Shown: in pieces, positions 12,571-24,450 of the stretch | How positions within the stretch are numbered: the stretch's first letter is position 1 | Layout: every line of letters starts with the position of its first letter | DNA from: Octopus sinensis | Taxonomy: Eukaryota | Reading direction: 5' to 3' | Length of the DNA: 64,000 nt | Assembly (NCBI RefSeq): GCF_006345805.1 | Contig: NC_043001.1 | Span: 101,742,001 to 101,806,000, forward strand | The notes under the pieces: model-generated | What the model was told of the DNA's origin: nothing | Databases searched by the model: none | The model's input: the letters and a program-made list of their open reading frames with translations, nothing else | Made by a program: the position numbers and the translations under genes

Positions 12571-12674
12571 AGTCATTTTCTAATGAGTCTCTTGCAATGT
12601 GGATTTTCTGCATATTTACTAATTATGGAAGCATCTGATGAGAGATCTTTCAACAAACATCATCATCATCATCG

Positions 12675-12820
12675 TTTACAAGAAACTTCTTGAAGAGTGC
12701 TCTGACACAGGAGAGACTGAGTGACCTAACCATTCTTAGTATTGAGAGCAAACTGGCAGGGACAAGTGACTACAGTGAATTAATAAAAACATTTGCTCTG
12801 GAAGAAAAACATGTTTAATT
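12675..12820 (+). mobile_element. hAT transposase C-terminal dimerisation remnant
   Basis: LKSALTQERLSDLTILSIESKLA...YSELIKTFA. Confidence 0.65.
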
Positions 12821-13234
12821 GAATAGCTATAGTTTTTGGTTTGGCATTACTCAACCCATCAAAGTGATTCTTGGCAATGTGTTGAAACAGATGTTTACAT
12901 AGATTTGTTTTCTGGAAATGCTGCTGCTCATTGTTGCAGACCTTTGTCCACAACAAAAAGAAAGGAAAATATTAAAGAAGAAATCAGATCTTTTAAACTA
13001 TAAATTAATGGCATTAAAATTTGAATTCTTACTAAAGTTGCTGAAAGTACAGAACTTAGAGGGATTACACCCTTTGGATTCCCACCAAAACCTTACTCCT
13101 GATTCCAGCCTGGGTCCCATTACTCTCTGAAGCTCTTTCAAAGAATATTCATTATTAAGTATTTCTAATCTTGCGTCTTGGGTGTTTGTTGGTTTGGTTT
13201 GCGGGTGGGGTGGGGGACTGTTTGAGTTGATGAA

Positions 13235-13600
13235 TGGAAAGATGTTTTTGGGCTGCGTTTAGAAGTGAACAACACTCACAGACATTTAATAGAAGATCTT
13301 ATAATTGCACATAGAGAGACAGTGTGTCAGTCTTTTACAGTTAACAACAGCAATAATTCCATCCTGCGAGAGAAGGAAAAACCATTCCACATTCAAAGAA
13401 GTTACTTATAAGACATTGAGTGAATGTTTAGTTGGATTTGTTCAAGAACCTGGAGATGTCTGCACAAATATCTGGAACTGTCTGAAGTGGCAAGTACGGA
13501 GGCATACATCGTTCAGCTGCCTAAAATTTGGCCATTAATTTCAGGAAAAAGCGGTTCTTATATAGGACACAAAAAGAAGACTCCAGAAGATTGGAATCAT
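13235..13600 (+). mobile_element. Possible Merlin (ISXO2-like) transposase remnant
   Basis: VFG..., GKTI(P)HS..YKTL and FVQEPGDVCTNIWNCLK resemble WVFG/GTTIHSD..AY..L/FV..GVHTNxIExxWxxLK; heavily decayed. Confidence 0.4.
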
Positions 13601-14828
13601 GCAATGACTTGACACTGATTGATCATTTAATAAACTGATCACTTGAAACTATTGTGGTTTGGTCATGATGTCTGACTGCATATCCAGGGATTCAGTTTCA
13701 AATCCCCGTTACAATCTCAAATTACATGGTTCTTTAATTTCTATGACTCAGCTAAGCAACAGCCATAATATTAAGACCATTATTACTCAAAGAGCAACAA
13801 TATTTTGAAAGTATATAATTTTCTGTAATAAGATTTAATGAAAAGCAAAACTTTAAGCAAGTTTGAACAAAAATATCTCATTATGTGTTGTTTGCATCAG
13901 AATTTCTTTTCGGTTGCCAAATCAGTCAAATTTGTCTGCCATTAAAATACCCAAGAGAAAATACCAATATATATTAAATAAGAAACAAAATATCCAAAAC
14001 CAGCAACATGAATCATTGCCTTGCCTATTTTTTCTGTTTTTTTTTTGTTTTGTTTTTTCCTCAAATGATATTCTTTTTGTAATTCTGATTCAAATTGTAG
14101 CGCCAGATATCGGTAACTATGGCTTGTTTAACGTCTTTGATACTTCAATTTAATTTCGGAGTTATAAGCAAAGAATACTTAATAGATACGTAATCTGAAT
14201 TAAAAATTTTAATGTTGTGAAACTAAAAAGAATATATTTGGTTTATTTACTTAGAAGTAATTTGCTGAGACAAAATCTCCAGTCAGCAGAACAACTGCAT
14301 AATTACGACCAAAGTGGTTTTTATAGTTAGACAGCCTATTGTTATTAGGTTCTGATTAGAAAGACAAACGGCACCTGCATAGTTGATCAAAGTGACTAGA
14401 TGTGATTCACAGACCACTTCAGTGTCTGACAGGTTTTTATGATCTTCTCTTTTCTCAATGTGTTTAAATGCAAGTCCAGATTCATACACACAGAATAAAG
14501 TCATATACCTTCATTTATTTTGATGATGTTTAATTTTCTAAAGTTAATAGCTGTTATTATATTCACTAAGTTATGTCTTGTGGAATATGCAAACTTTATG
14601 GTATGTCTATCAAATGTCTAATGCAATCTGCTAAACTCTACTTGTAAAATGAATATGATTGTCATATTTGCAGTGGTAATCATTTGCAATATTCTGCAAA
14701 AGCATGTCTTGCAAAGAGGAAATATTATCTTACTTGGAATCAGGTGAGGGTCAGCAATACAAAGCGCTTCTGGCCATAGGAAGTCTGCCTCAATAAACTC
14801 CATCTAATTCATGCAAGCATGGAATATA

Positions 14829-15018
14829 ATGGTGGTGGTGGTGGTGGTGGTGGTGGTGATGATGAAGATGCTGATGACGATGATGATGATGATGATGATG
14901 ATGACAATGATGACGATGATGATGATGATGATGATAATGATGGCGGTGATGATGGCGGTGGTGGTAGAGATGGCATTGATGGTGATACGACCACGATCAT
15001 CATCATCATCATCATCTT
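14829..15018. repeat. (GGT)n/(GAT)n/(CAT)n array
   Basis: Seen directly. Confidence 0.95.
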
Positions 15019-15322
15019 CATGTCAATATCAACTCTTTCCTCCTTGCATGTATCTGATAAGACATCGTGAAGACAAATTTTTCTGTAATCTGATGCTCTT
15101 CCTATCACTAACCCTCGCCAATTTCCAAGCGATTTTACCCTTTGTCTATCAAACAATTAACAGACCAGACATACTTAAATGGACGATTGTAAGCAAATGA
15201 CATCTGTTGTATGAATGGTGGCTCTTTGTATACATGTCATGACATAGGGATTACACACTCACTCACAGACACACACATACATATGCTTACATGCGTGTGT
15301 ATGTGTGTGTGTGTATACATAT

Positions 15323-15396
<74 letters not shown>

Positions 15397-15399
<3 letters not shown>

Positions 15400-15705
15400 C
15401 TGTAATATGATATGTAACAATTATTCGATTGCCATAATAAAACTCTGAGTTTCGAATGTCGGGGTGGAAATCTTCTCCAGCATCTCATCAGTTATTACAA
15501 CAAACAAGAATGCTATGAAAATGTCGTGATAGCATTTTTGTTTGTCTTAATAACTGACGAGATGCCAGAGCAGATTTCTACCCCAACATCTGAAATTCGG
15601 AGTTTTATTATGGCAACCGAATAATTGTCACATATTATATTACAGATAAATTCCTCTATTTACTTAATATCGAGGTCTCTTTCATTCTTTTGTTGTCTTA
15701 CCATT
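15397..15705. mobile_element. Fold-back element (arms 15397-15516 and 15529-15648, plus tail) with a hammerhead motif in each arm
   Basis: ~120-bp inverted arms; CTGATGA/CTGACGA core, gatg..cat(t)c stem II, GAAA, aataa/ttatt stem I. Confidence 0.8.
15436..15496 (-). ncRNA. Candidate type-I hammerhead ribozyme
   Basis: Minus strand reads aataa-CTGATGA-gatg[ctggagaagatttccaccccga]cattc-GAAAC-tcaga-GTT-ttatt. All core nucleotides are canonical; stem III is minimal and palindromic. Confidence 0.65.
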
Positions 15706-16378
15706 CCCCTTCTTCTCTCTCTTCCTCTTGCTCCTCCTCCCCCATTCCCGTCGTCCATCTGCGACGATACTTCCGTCGTAACTGCTATCCTGTCTTTTCT
15801 CGCCCGCCTTCTAAGGCCACTGGTCGACATTCTTTCTCTCTCGTCGTCCACTATAATCCAGCGTTTGCATTACCTTTTTCGTCTGGCGTAAACAGCCCTT
15901 CTTATCTTGTTCTCCTTGTCCTGTCTCTCACTGTTATATATTTATTTTTCAACTGTTTATATATAATTTTTTTTTTTTTTTTTTTTTTTTACTGTTTATA
16001 TGTTTGTACTGTCGTTACCGTCTTGCTTATTTTACCATTTTTTACCCCTCTGCGAAAAGATCTCAGAATTTTAATTGATTTGCTTTTCGCAGGAAGGAAG
16101 TTTCTTCGAAGTATACGTCTCGCTTTTATCCTTCGAAACGTAGAGTAGATGAAACCTTAGCGACTGAAGAAGGGGATTTTTCGTTGTGCTTATTGTCCTG
16201 TATCTCTTTTTTTCTTTTTTGCTTGTCCTGTTCCTTGGTTTGTGTCTATGTTTTTCGTCTCTCTATGTGTTCGACGTCTTTTTGGTGTCCTGTACACATA
16301 TATGCGTGTATATGTACATGTAGAGGTAGGTACGTACATATATGTTTATATATATGCATATGTTCTATTTTATTAACA
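15706..16378 (+). mobile_element. CpG-rich, pyrimidine-rich repeat, possibly Penelope pseudo-LTR-like
   Basis: CpG content far above background; 10-bp hairpin ctgcgaaaag/cttttcgcag; cttcgaaac and ctgaagaagggg motifs; ends in (AT)n. Confidence 0.4.
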
Positions 16379-16386
16379 TATATATA

Positions 16387-16518
<132 letters not shown>

Positions 16519-16607
16519 TGTACTTTTGTATATAGAAATGCATGTATAGATGGAGATATATACATGCATCTGAAATGTAGTTACTATTTTAAAAGCAAAT
16601 TCAAGAA

Positions 16608-16753
16608 TCATCATCATCATCATCGTTTAACGTCCGTTTTCCATGCTGGCATGGGTTGGACAGTTCGACTGGGGTCTGAGAAGCCAGGAGGCTTAACCAG
16701 GCCCCAGTCTGATCTGGCAGTGTTTCTACAGCTGGATGCTCTTCCTACCACCA
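16608..16753 (-). mobile_element. RTE LINE 3'UTR terminal fragment
   Basis: catcatcgtttaacgtccgttttccatgctggcatgggttgg... Confidence 0.9.
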
Positions 16754-17809
16754 ACAACAGAAATTTAGCAACAGAGTGACTCAATCATAAGAGTGGAATG
16801 AGATTTATTATGGAAATCAAGTTGACTGGGACTTCAATTTTTCCCATTTGCAAAACTTATATCTATGTTTAGCAACTTATATCTATGCATAGGAATTCAG
16901 CCACAGAATTCTTAGAATATCTGTGAAATAAAATCATGTCGTCAATACTAAATACATAGTATTAGGTTTATATAAAGAGAAACTTCTGGACAAGAATAAC
17001 AGTAAGTTCAGAGGAGAGAGTGGAGAGACAATGTAATATTAAGTAAAGATAGGAACTTGTGGTCGTGTGTAAGTCGCACAGTGTTTTATCCATTGCGATG
17101 TAGAACCTTCTGTTTGTTTATGAGTATCATGTCCAGGCAGATGACAAGGAAGGCACCGATAGCAACAGAATGTTTTTATCTACCTCAAACATCTTGTTTA
17201 TTTAAATATAACATTATCTCGTCTACAAAGTTCCGATATTTTTATTGGTAGAATATTTCAGAAATCCTCTTCCTGATTAAAATCCCATTCTGGAGCTTTG
17301 CATCTAGAGAACAGTAAAAAGATTTTCCGGAGACATAAGATGGTAAGAAAGTTAAAGGGAGATGGGGTGGATAGGGAGGGAGAGAGAGAGAGAGGTGGGG
17401 GAGGGTGGAACAGTGGACGGTGGAGGGGGTAGCAATGCTGTATCCACCATCTTGTAGTATCAAGCTGTCTTTTTTATCACAGTTTTTGATCATGACAACG
17501 AAAGCTCCAGAAAATTGCATCATAATAACCAATGCAACATTCTGATTGCAGTAAATATGAATGTTGCAGCAGGCATAACGCTACGATGCAGTGATAAGTT
17601 CGATGCAAACTGCAGTTCCTGCACCATTATTTCGTTCAAAGCTGCAGCAAATGCGCTTTTTGTCGTTAATATTCTGAGGGAAGGAATGAATGCCTTCACT
17701 TCGTATTATGCTGTAGTTAATACTTGCAAACTTTATGATTTAGTGATCAGGATCATTATGACTATTGAGGCAATTAGAATTAGAATTAATGAGATTAACA
17801 TTATAACAA

Positions 17810-18470
17810 TCAGAATCATCACCGCTATCCATCACTACCATCATCAGCATCATCATCATTTCATCATCATCAGCTTCATTGTTGTCATCATTGTCATCGT
17901 CATCAGCATCATCAGCATCAACACCATCATTATCATCATCGCTCAAACCCCTTTCAACACTACCATTTGTATCATCATCATCATCATCATCATCATCATA
18001 ATCAGTCATATTACCATCTCTATAATAATCATCTTCACCATTGGTTCCATTGTTGCTGTGGTTACTGGTGTAGGCATTCTTGTTATCACCATCCTTGTGA
18101 TCACCATTCTTATCTCATCATCATCATCAGCAGCAGCAGCAGTAGCAACAATATTACCATCATTACCATCACCATCACTATTATCATCATTGTCATCATC
18201 ATCATCATCATCATCATCACCACCACCATCACCATCACCATCATCATCATCGTATTCATAATCATAATCATCATCATCGTCATCGTCATCATCATCATCA
18301 TCATCATCATCATCACCACCATCACCATCACCATCATCATCATCGTATTCATAATCATAATCATCATCATCGTCATCGCCATCATCATCATCATCATCAT
18401 CATCGCCGTAGTCCCCGTTGTCATTTGCATCCTTCTAGTCATGGATGTTGTCATTATGATAAACCATCAT
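17810..18470. repeat. (CAT)n-based compound array with an internal ~90-bp higher-order duplication
   Basis: caccaccatcaccatcacc..cgtattcataatcataatc unit occurs twice (~18221 and ~18314). Confidence 0.9.
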
Positions 18471-18664
18471 TAATATTCCATCCATAGAAGATGACTAGAG
18501 ATAACCAATGCTAGTAAAGCTGTTCAGTATTTAATATCATCCAGCTTTGACAATGCCAGAATGGAGATTTGTAAAACTTCTTCAGCAGAAGAATTATTGT
18601 ATTTTCTCAGTTATTTCATCTCTTCAACAAGTTCTGTTAATATTATTATTATTATCATCAAGAT

Positions 18665-18893
18665 AGAAAGCTGGCAGATCCTTAATGGCACCAGGCAAAA
18701 TGCTTTCTGGCATTTCATCTGTCTTTACATTCTGTGTTCAAATTCCGCCAAGTTTCACTTTGCCTTTCATTCTTTCGAGCTTGATGAAATAAGTACCAGA
18801 TGAATATTGGGGTCAATGTAATTGACTAACTCCTTCCCAGTAGTTACTGGCTTTGTGCTAAAATTTGAAACCATTATTATTATTATTATTATT

Positions 18894-18958
<65 letters not shown>

Positions 18959-18977
18959 TATGATTATGATTATTATA

Positions 18978-19021
<44 letters not shown>

Positions 19022-19022
19022 G

Positions 19023-19057
<35 letters not shown>

Positions 19058-19262
19058 CATAATTATGGCATTGGACAAATTGTCATGCAGTATTTGTTCC
19101 TGTTTTTTCTATGCTGAGTTCAAATGCTGCTAAGTTCAACAGTTCAACTTTGCCTTTTGTCTTTCTGGGGACAATAAATTAAAATACCAGTCAAGTACTG
19201 AGATCAATTTAACCAACTGACCCCAATCTCCAAATTTATGATTTTGTGCCCATTTTAGAAAT
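18665..19262 (+). mobile_element. Two decayed SINE family B copies separated by (ATT)n/(ATC)n
   Basis: agctggcag..ttcaaattccgcc..ctttgcctttcat..aagtaccag at 18669-18870 and ~19075-19262. Confidence 0.7.
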
Positions 19263-19269
19263 GAGACTT

Positions 19270-19620
19270 CTTATTAATTAGTGCAGAGAAGAATGAAAGG
19301 AGGGCAATACCACGATTTGTTGCTTGCCCCACCCTGATCGGATTATGTGCTCATTTAGTTGTGTTCAGTTTAATATTCTGTCAGATGGTACCTGCAGGAG
19401 AAAAACGGATGGTGGGGGGAGGCTGTTGAGGGAAACAGTTCTGAGGAGAAAGAATCGGCAGGTGTGCAGATATGCGATTCAGGAGAAAAAATAACAGGTA
19501 GGAAAATGACAAGCAAAGAAGACATGCACATCAGATGGGCAGCATGGGAATAAGTGGTGGTTACGATTTAAAGATTGGATTTAGAGGCAGGAAAGAGTTC
19601 AAGAGTAACTGCAGAATCAA
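19270..19620 (-). mobile_element. Possible decayed CR1/Jockey-group LINE 3' end
   Basis: Minus-strand FFLLRTVSLNSLPP resembles the terminal motif SFFPRTxxLWNSLP. Confidence 0.35.
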
Positions 19621-20107
19621 TGTGTTGGTCAGGGATAAGCATAGAATGAGATAGGATGAGAGGATAAGAGACAGATCTGGCATCGATCACATTCGGATGG
19701 TGCTTTTTACATGCCACCAGCATGGGAGCCAGTCATTTGAATAAAGTTTGAAAATAATTCAGAATTTAGAAAAATACAATTGTCGTTATTGGGTTAAGTC
19801 ACTCAGTTTTTTATTCATTGCGATGTAGAACCTTCCGTTTGTTTATGGGGATCATGTCCAGGCAGATGACAAGGAAAGCACCGATAGCAACAGAATGCTT
19901 TTATCTACCTCAAACATCTTAACATCTTGTTTATTTAAATCTAACATCATCTCGTCTACAAAGTTCCGATATTTTTATTCATAGAATATTTCAGAAATAC
20001 ACTTCTTGAGAGCTGGTGTTTGGAGTATAAATGAAGACGAAATTTTGATGGAACTTTTTAACTGAAGTCACCTTAAGACAGGGCATTCGTATCACAGGAC
20101 CAAAGAC

Positions 20108-20421
20108 TGGATTGTGCTTTTTATGTGCCACTGACACAGGAACCAGTGGCACATAAAAAGCACAATCCAAACATGGCCGATGCCAGTACCCACTCACTGG
20201 CTCACATGATCAATGTCGGGCCCACCTGATTTCTGTACCGGTGGCATGTAAAAAGCACCCACTACACTCATGGAGTGGTTAGCATTAGGAAGGGCATCCA
20301 GCTGTAGAAACACTGCTAGATCAGATTGGAGCCTGGTGCAGCCGATGGCTCTCCAGTCTTCAGTCAGACCGTCCAACCCATGCCAGCATGGAAAACTGAC
20401 ACTAAACAATGATGGCGATGA
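20108..20421 (+). mobile_element. RTE 3'UTR copy with a 26-bp inverted 5' end
   Basis: Family motifs and gatggcgatg tail; perfect hairpin 20108-20133/20144-20169. Confidence 0.85.
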
Positions 20422-20699
20422 AAAACAGTGCATTTCAATAGTAATTTGGTGACAAAAGAGTTTTGACTTATTCCCTGGATGAGTGATGAAAAGAAGACAT
20501 AATTGGTGATGATTGTTGGACTTAAGGAGTGCAACAGGGTTGACATTTGAATTGAGGGGTTTGAAGAAATTTGAACCCAAATAACTGGATATTATATCTA
20601 TGTTACCCAGGAAAATGGTGGGCAGGGGGAGACTGGATTCTTTGGAAACATCAGCATAGATCATATTTAATTAGAAATAATATTGATTTCATATTTTGG

Positions 20700-20885
20700 C
20701 ACAAGGCCAGCAATTTCAAGGGACGGGGTAAGTTGATTAAATCAACCAAACTGTTCAAATGATTCTTATTTTATTGACTCTGAAAGGATGAAAGGTAAAG
20801 TAGACTTCAGTGGAATTTGAACTCAGGATAGACAAAATACCACAAAACATTTCACCTGATAGGTTAATGATTCTACCAGCTCGTT
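20700..20885 (-). mobile_element. Decayed SINE family B
   Basis: gaaaggatgaaaggtaaagtagac..ggaatttgaactcag..gattctaccagctcg. Confidence 0.75.
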
Positions 20886-21276
20886 GCTTTAAATAAAAAA
20901 TAATATTAATAATTAACCAATTCTTGTCTTTCTCCTTTACATATTTATTTCTAATGTTCTTTACATTAACAATGTTAACAGTAATTTAACATTTGGTTTT
21001 TATGCAGATGGCAGCTCTAAATTATTTATTCTTGAAACAATTCCATATTCCTCTGCCACCCAGGATTTCCTGTTATCTAATATTGCTCTTATTGATTAAT
21101 ACTGAATTGTTTTTTCTTTATTGCACAATTATTTCGTATTAACTTATGGAACGTTCGGTGAATTAAATACATTAATACTAATTTCACTACAGTTTTTTCA
21201 TATCTGGTATATTCTGGATTAGAGATGAAGAGAAATGAAGGAGAAGCCAGGAAAGTAAAACGATGCAAAATAAGAG

Positions 21277-21630
21277 ATCATCATCATTATCATCATCATT
21301 TAACGTCTGTTTTCCATGCTGGCATGAGTTGGATGGTTTGAGAAGAGATGGTAAGACCAGGAATTGCAGCAGGTTCCATTGCCTGTTTTGGTATGGTTTC
21401 TATGGCTGGATGCCTTATAAAGCCAACCACTTTACAAAGTCTTCTGAATGCTTTTTACACAGAACCTGCACCAATGTTTTGTATGTGGTACCAGCACCTC
21501 AACTGGGAAGGGTGAGTATTATTTAATGCCTTTGGGGAGAAGCTCTGTGCCAGCTGAGAGATTTAAATTGTAAAAGGGACAGCTGTAGGTGTCTTACTGC
21601 AAAGTAGATACATGGCTACTTCAGTTGGAA
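21277..21630 (-). mobile_element. Older RTE 3'UTR subfamily copy
   Basis: tttaacgtctgttttccatgctggcatg..; extended part shared with 52155-52620 and 35960-36330. Confidence 0.75.
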
Positions 21631-22069
21631 ATCAAGGAAGAGGGCATTGAGGGGCAGATATTTTTACCAAAGCAGTTTAGGGGGAGAGGAAATAGAATTT
21701 GTTGAGAAAAAGTGTGCAAGACAAAGTGAGAGTAAGAAGCAGAAAGAGTGCAATGGGGTACATCTATGGGTGGCGGAAGTTTATGGAAGCAAAATTTGAT
21801 AGGCAAGCAAACAGATAAGATAGAAAGCTACCAGCAAAAACAAAAGAGAGAAATGTTTTGAACATCTCAAATGAAAATATGAAGACAGAAGATGAGCAAA
21901 TGAAAGCTTGCATGGAGTGTGGCTACTGGCTGAGGTAGTTATGTTTACATATTGGAATCTGCAACAGAAATGACAAAAATATGTTTGTTATAACAGAAAC
22001 ACTTAAACTGCTAACAGCTGCAAAACATATCAAATGTGACAACAAATGCAGAGGCAAGAACAACATCTA

Positions 22070-22095
22070 TAATGATGATGATGATGATGATAATG

Positions 22096-22156
<61 letters not shown>

Positions 22157-22259
22157 TGATGATGATAATGATGATAATAATAATAATAATAATAATAATA
22201 ATATAATAATGATAATGATAATGATAATGATGATAATGATAATAATAATAATGATAATA

Positions 22260-22306
<47 letters not shown>
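22070..22306. repeat. (AAT)n/(GAT)n microsatellite
   Basis: Seen directly. Confidence 0.95.
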
Positions 22307-22307
<1 letters not shown>

Positions 22308-22842
22308 AAAAAATAACATCTCTAATGATAATGGCAGTAAACACTATAAAAATATTTGTCATAACAACATCTGCACAGACAGTACGCAGAGAAGCGGCAA
22401 TAACAATAGAAGCAATGTTGGCAGAATTGGGAAGAGATAAAATGTATGAAATATGGCAAAAAAATTGCATGGCGACACAATGAACATGTAAAGCGACATC
22501 GTCAGAAATTGTTCTTTCAACTGATTTTGGTAAAGACTCGTTCAGCAACATATTACAACCACCAACTCACAGAGATGTTGTTTTATCCTTCCTACTGGTA
22601 CAATATCAGATTCTACCCTTCCCCATCAATTACCTATATACACCCTGTCATTCCCCTATATACACCCTGTCACTCACAGTTACTATACACACTTGTCGGT
22701 TCTCTTGTTACCATTTCTACCGGGGTTTCTCCACCCAAAAATATTTCTTCCAACCTTTCAGTTACAATTTCAAATTTCTTGCCCATCTTTTTTCTTTTCT
22801 TTTTTCTTCTGTATTTATCGATCTTTTATCTTTTATCGTTTG

Positions 22843-23172
22843 TCTCTTGTTTCAGTCATTAGACTGTGGCCAAGCTGGAGCACCGCCTTAAAAAATTTTA
22901 ATCAAATGAATCAGTTTCAGTACTCATGTTTTTGAAGCTAGTACTTAGTCTATTGGTCTCTTTTAATGAACTGCTAAGTAACTGGGATGTAAAAGCTCCA
23001 ACACCAGTTGTCAAGGGGGGGCGGGCAAATGCAGGCATACACACACACATGCACGCACACACACATACAAATATGTATAAATATATATATATATATATAT
23101 ACACGATGGGCTTCTTTCAGTTTCCATCTATCAAATCCATTCACAAGGTTTTGGTTAACCTAGTGCTATAGC
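22843..23172 (-). mobile_element. SINE family C, 5'-truncated
   Basis: cttgtttcagtcatt..ctggagcaccgcctt..gggcttctttcagtttcc. Confidence 0.85.
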
Positions 23173-23232
23173 TCAAAGGCCATGCAACATTCGTCCTAAA
23201 CCAGGACTGCCATGTTATGTGAAATCATTGCT

Positions 23233-23272
<40 letters not shown>

Positions 23273-24109
23273 CATAGAGCTTAAACTCATTGGCACTAAA
23301 ATGTATAGATATTTCTTTCTTTAGGTGCCATGCCCAGAATGTAGGACATTGGTGATCATATCCTACCACAATTCTTTGTTCCCTGTTTGCTGTAACAGTT
23401 CCACTTGTTGATGTTCAATGTCTCTCTTCTTCCAACCAATTCCTCAGACTTGACATCCGCATCATCCTTCTCCTTTCTCTGCTTCTTTTCCTTTCAATAT
23501 TTCCAGTCATCACCAAATTCTCCAGGCCCACATTCTTCATCACAACAGGATGGAGAAATCTCAGTTACTTGGCCCTTGTCTCATGAAGCAGTTTCCTATT
23601 TACCACAGCACAGGTCATCATTATGCACTTTGTCCATGTTATCCTCAAGGTTCTCCTTAAGAACCAGATAAGTAGAAAGCTTTATTAAGAAAGCAGATGT
23701 GAGATAACATATTAGGGTAGAATAAGAAATTAGAGAATATTTCTTAGTTCCTTACCATTTAGTCCAAGATACATTACCAAACGTAGGTGCTTGAATAGTT
23801 GTCTCCCTTGCTTTGTGTCTATTCGACTTTATGAAATGAAATAAACAATACGAAGAGAATTTGCTGCTTTGGTCACACCCAAAGATCCAAATCCATCCCA
23901 GATGTTGTTCTCATAACGTATCTGAATAAGAACTTTAAGTTGGTTGTTCAGAGCAGAATTATTCATTTATGATTGTTCAAAGGTGTTATGCAGCAAGAGA
24001 CAATGATTGTAAACAGAATAATTCCTAATGGAAGAATATACAAGAAGAGAAAGGATAAAATATAGTTATGCTGGTGCAAGTCTACGGATGTTCTGTGGAA
24101 GAGACTCTT

Positions 24110-24450
24110 TTTAACGTCCGCTTCCCATGCTGGCATGGGTTGGATGGTTTGACTGAGGACTGGCAAGCCAGGAGGCTGCACCAGGCTCCAGTCTGATCTG
24201 GCAGTGTTTCTACAGCTGGATGCCCTTCCTAATGCCAACCACTCTGAGAGTTTAGTGGCTGCTTTTACGTGCTACCAGCATGGGAGCCATTCAGGTGGCT
24301 TTGACATCAACTCACATTTCAATGGTGCTTATGTGCCATGAGCACGGGTGCCAGTCAGCTGGCACTGACATCAACCCACACATGAATGGTGCTTATTATG
24401 TGCCACCAGCACAGGTGCCAGTCAGTTGGCACCGGCATCGGCCACAACTA
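24110..24450 (-). mobile_element. RTE LINE 3'UTR copy
   Basis: ttaacgtccgcttcccatgctggcatgggttgg..; three gtgccaccagcac-type units. Confidence 0.9.
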
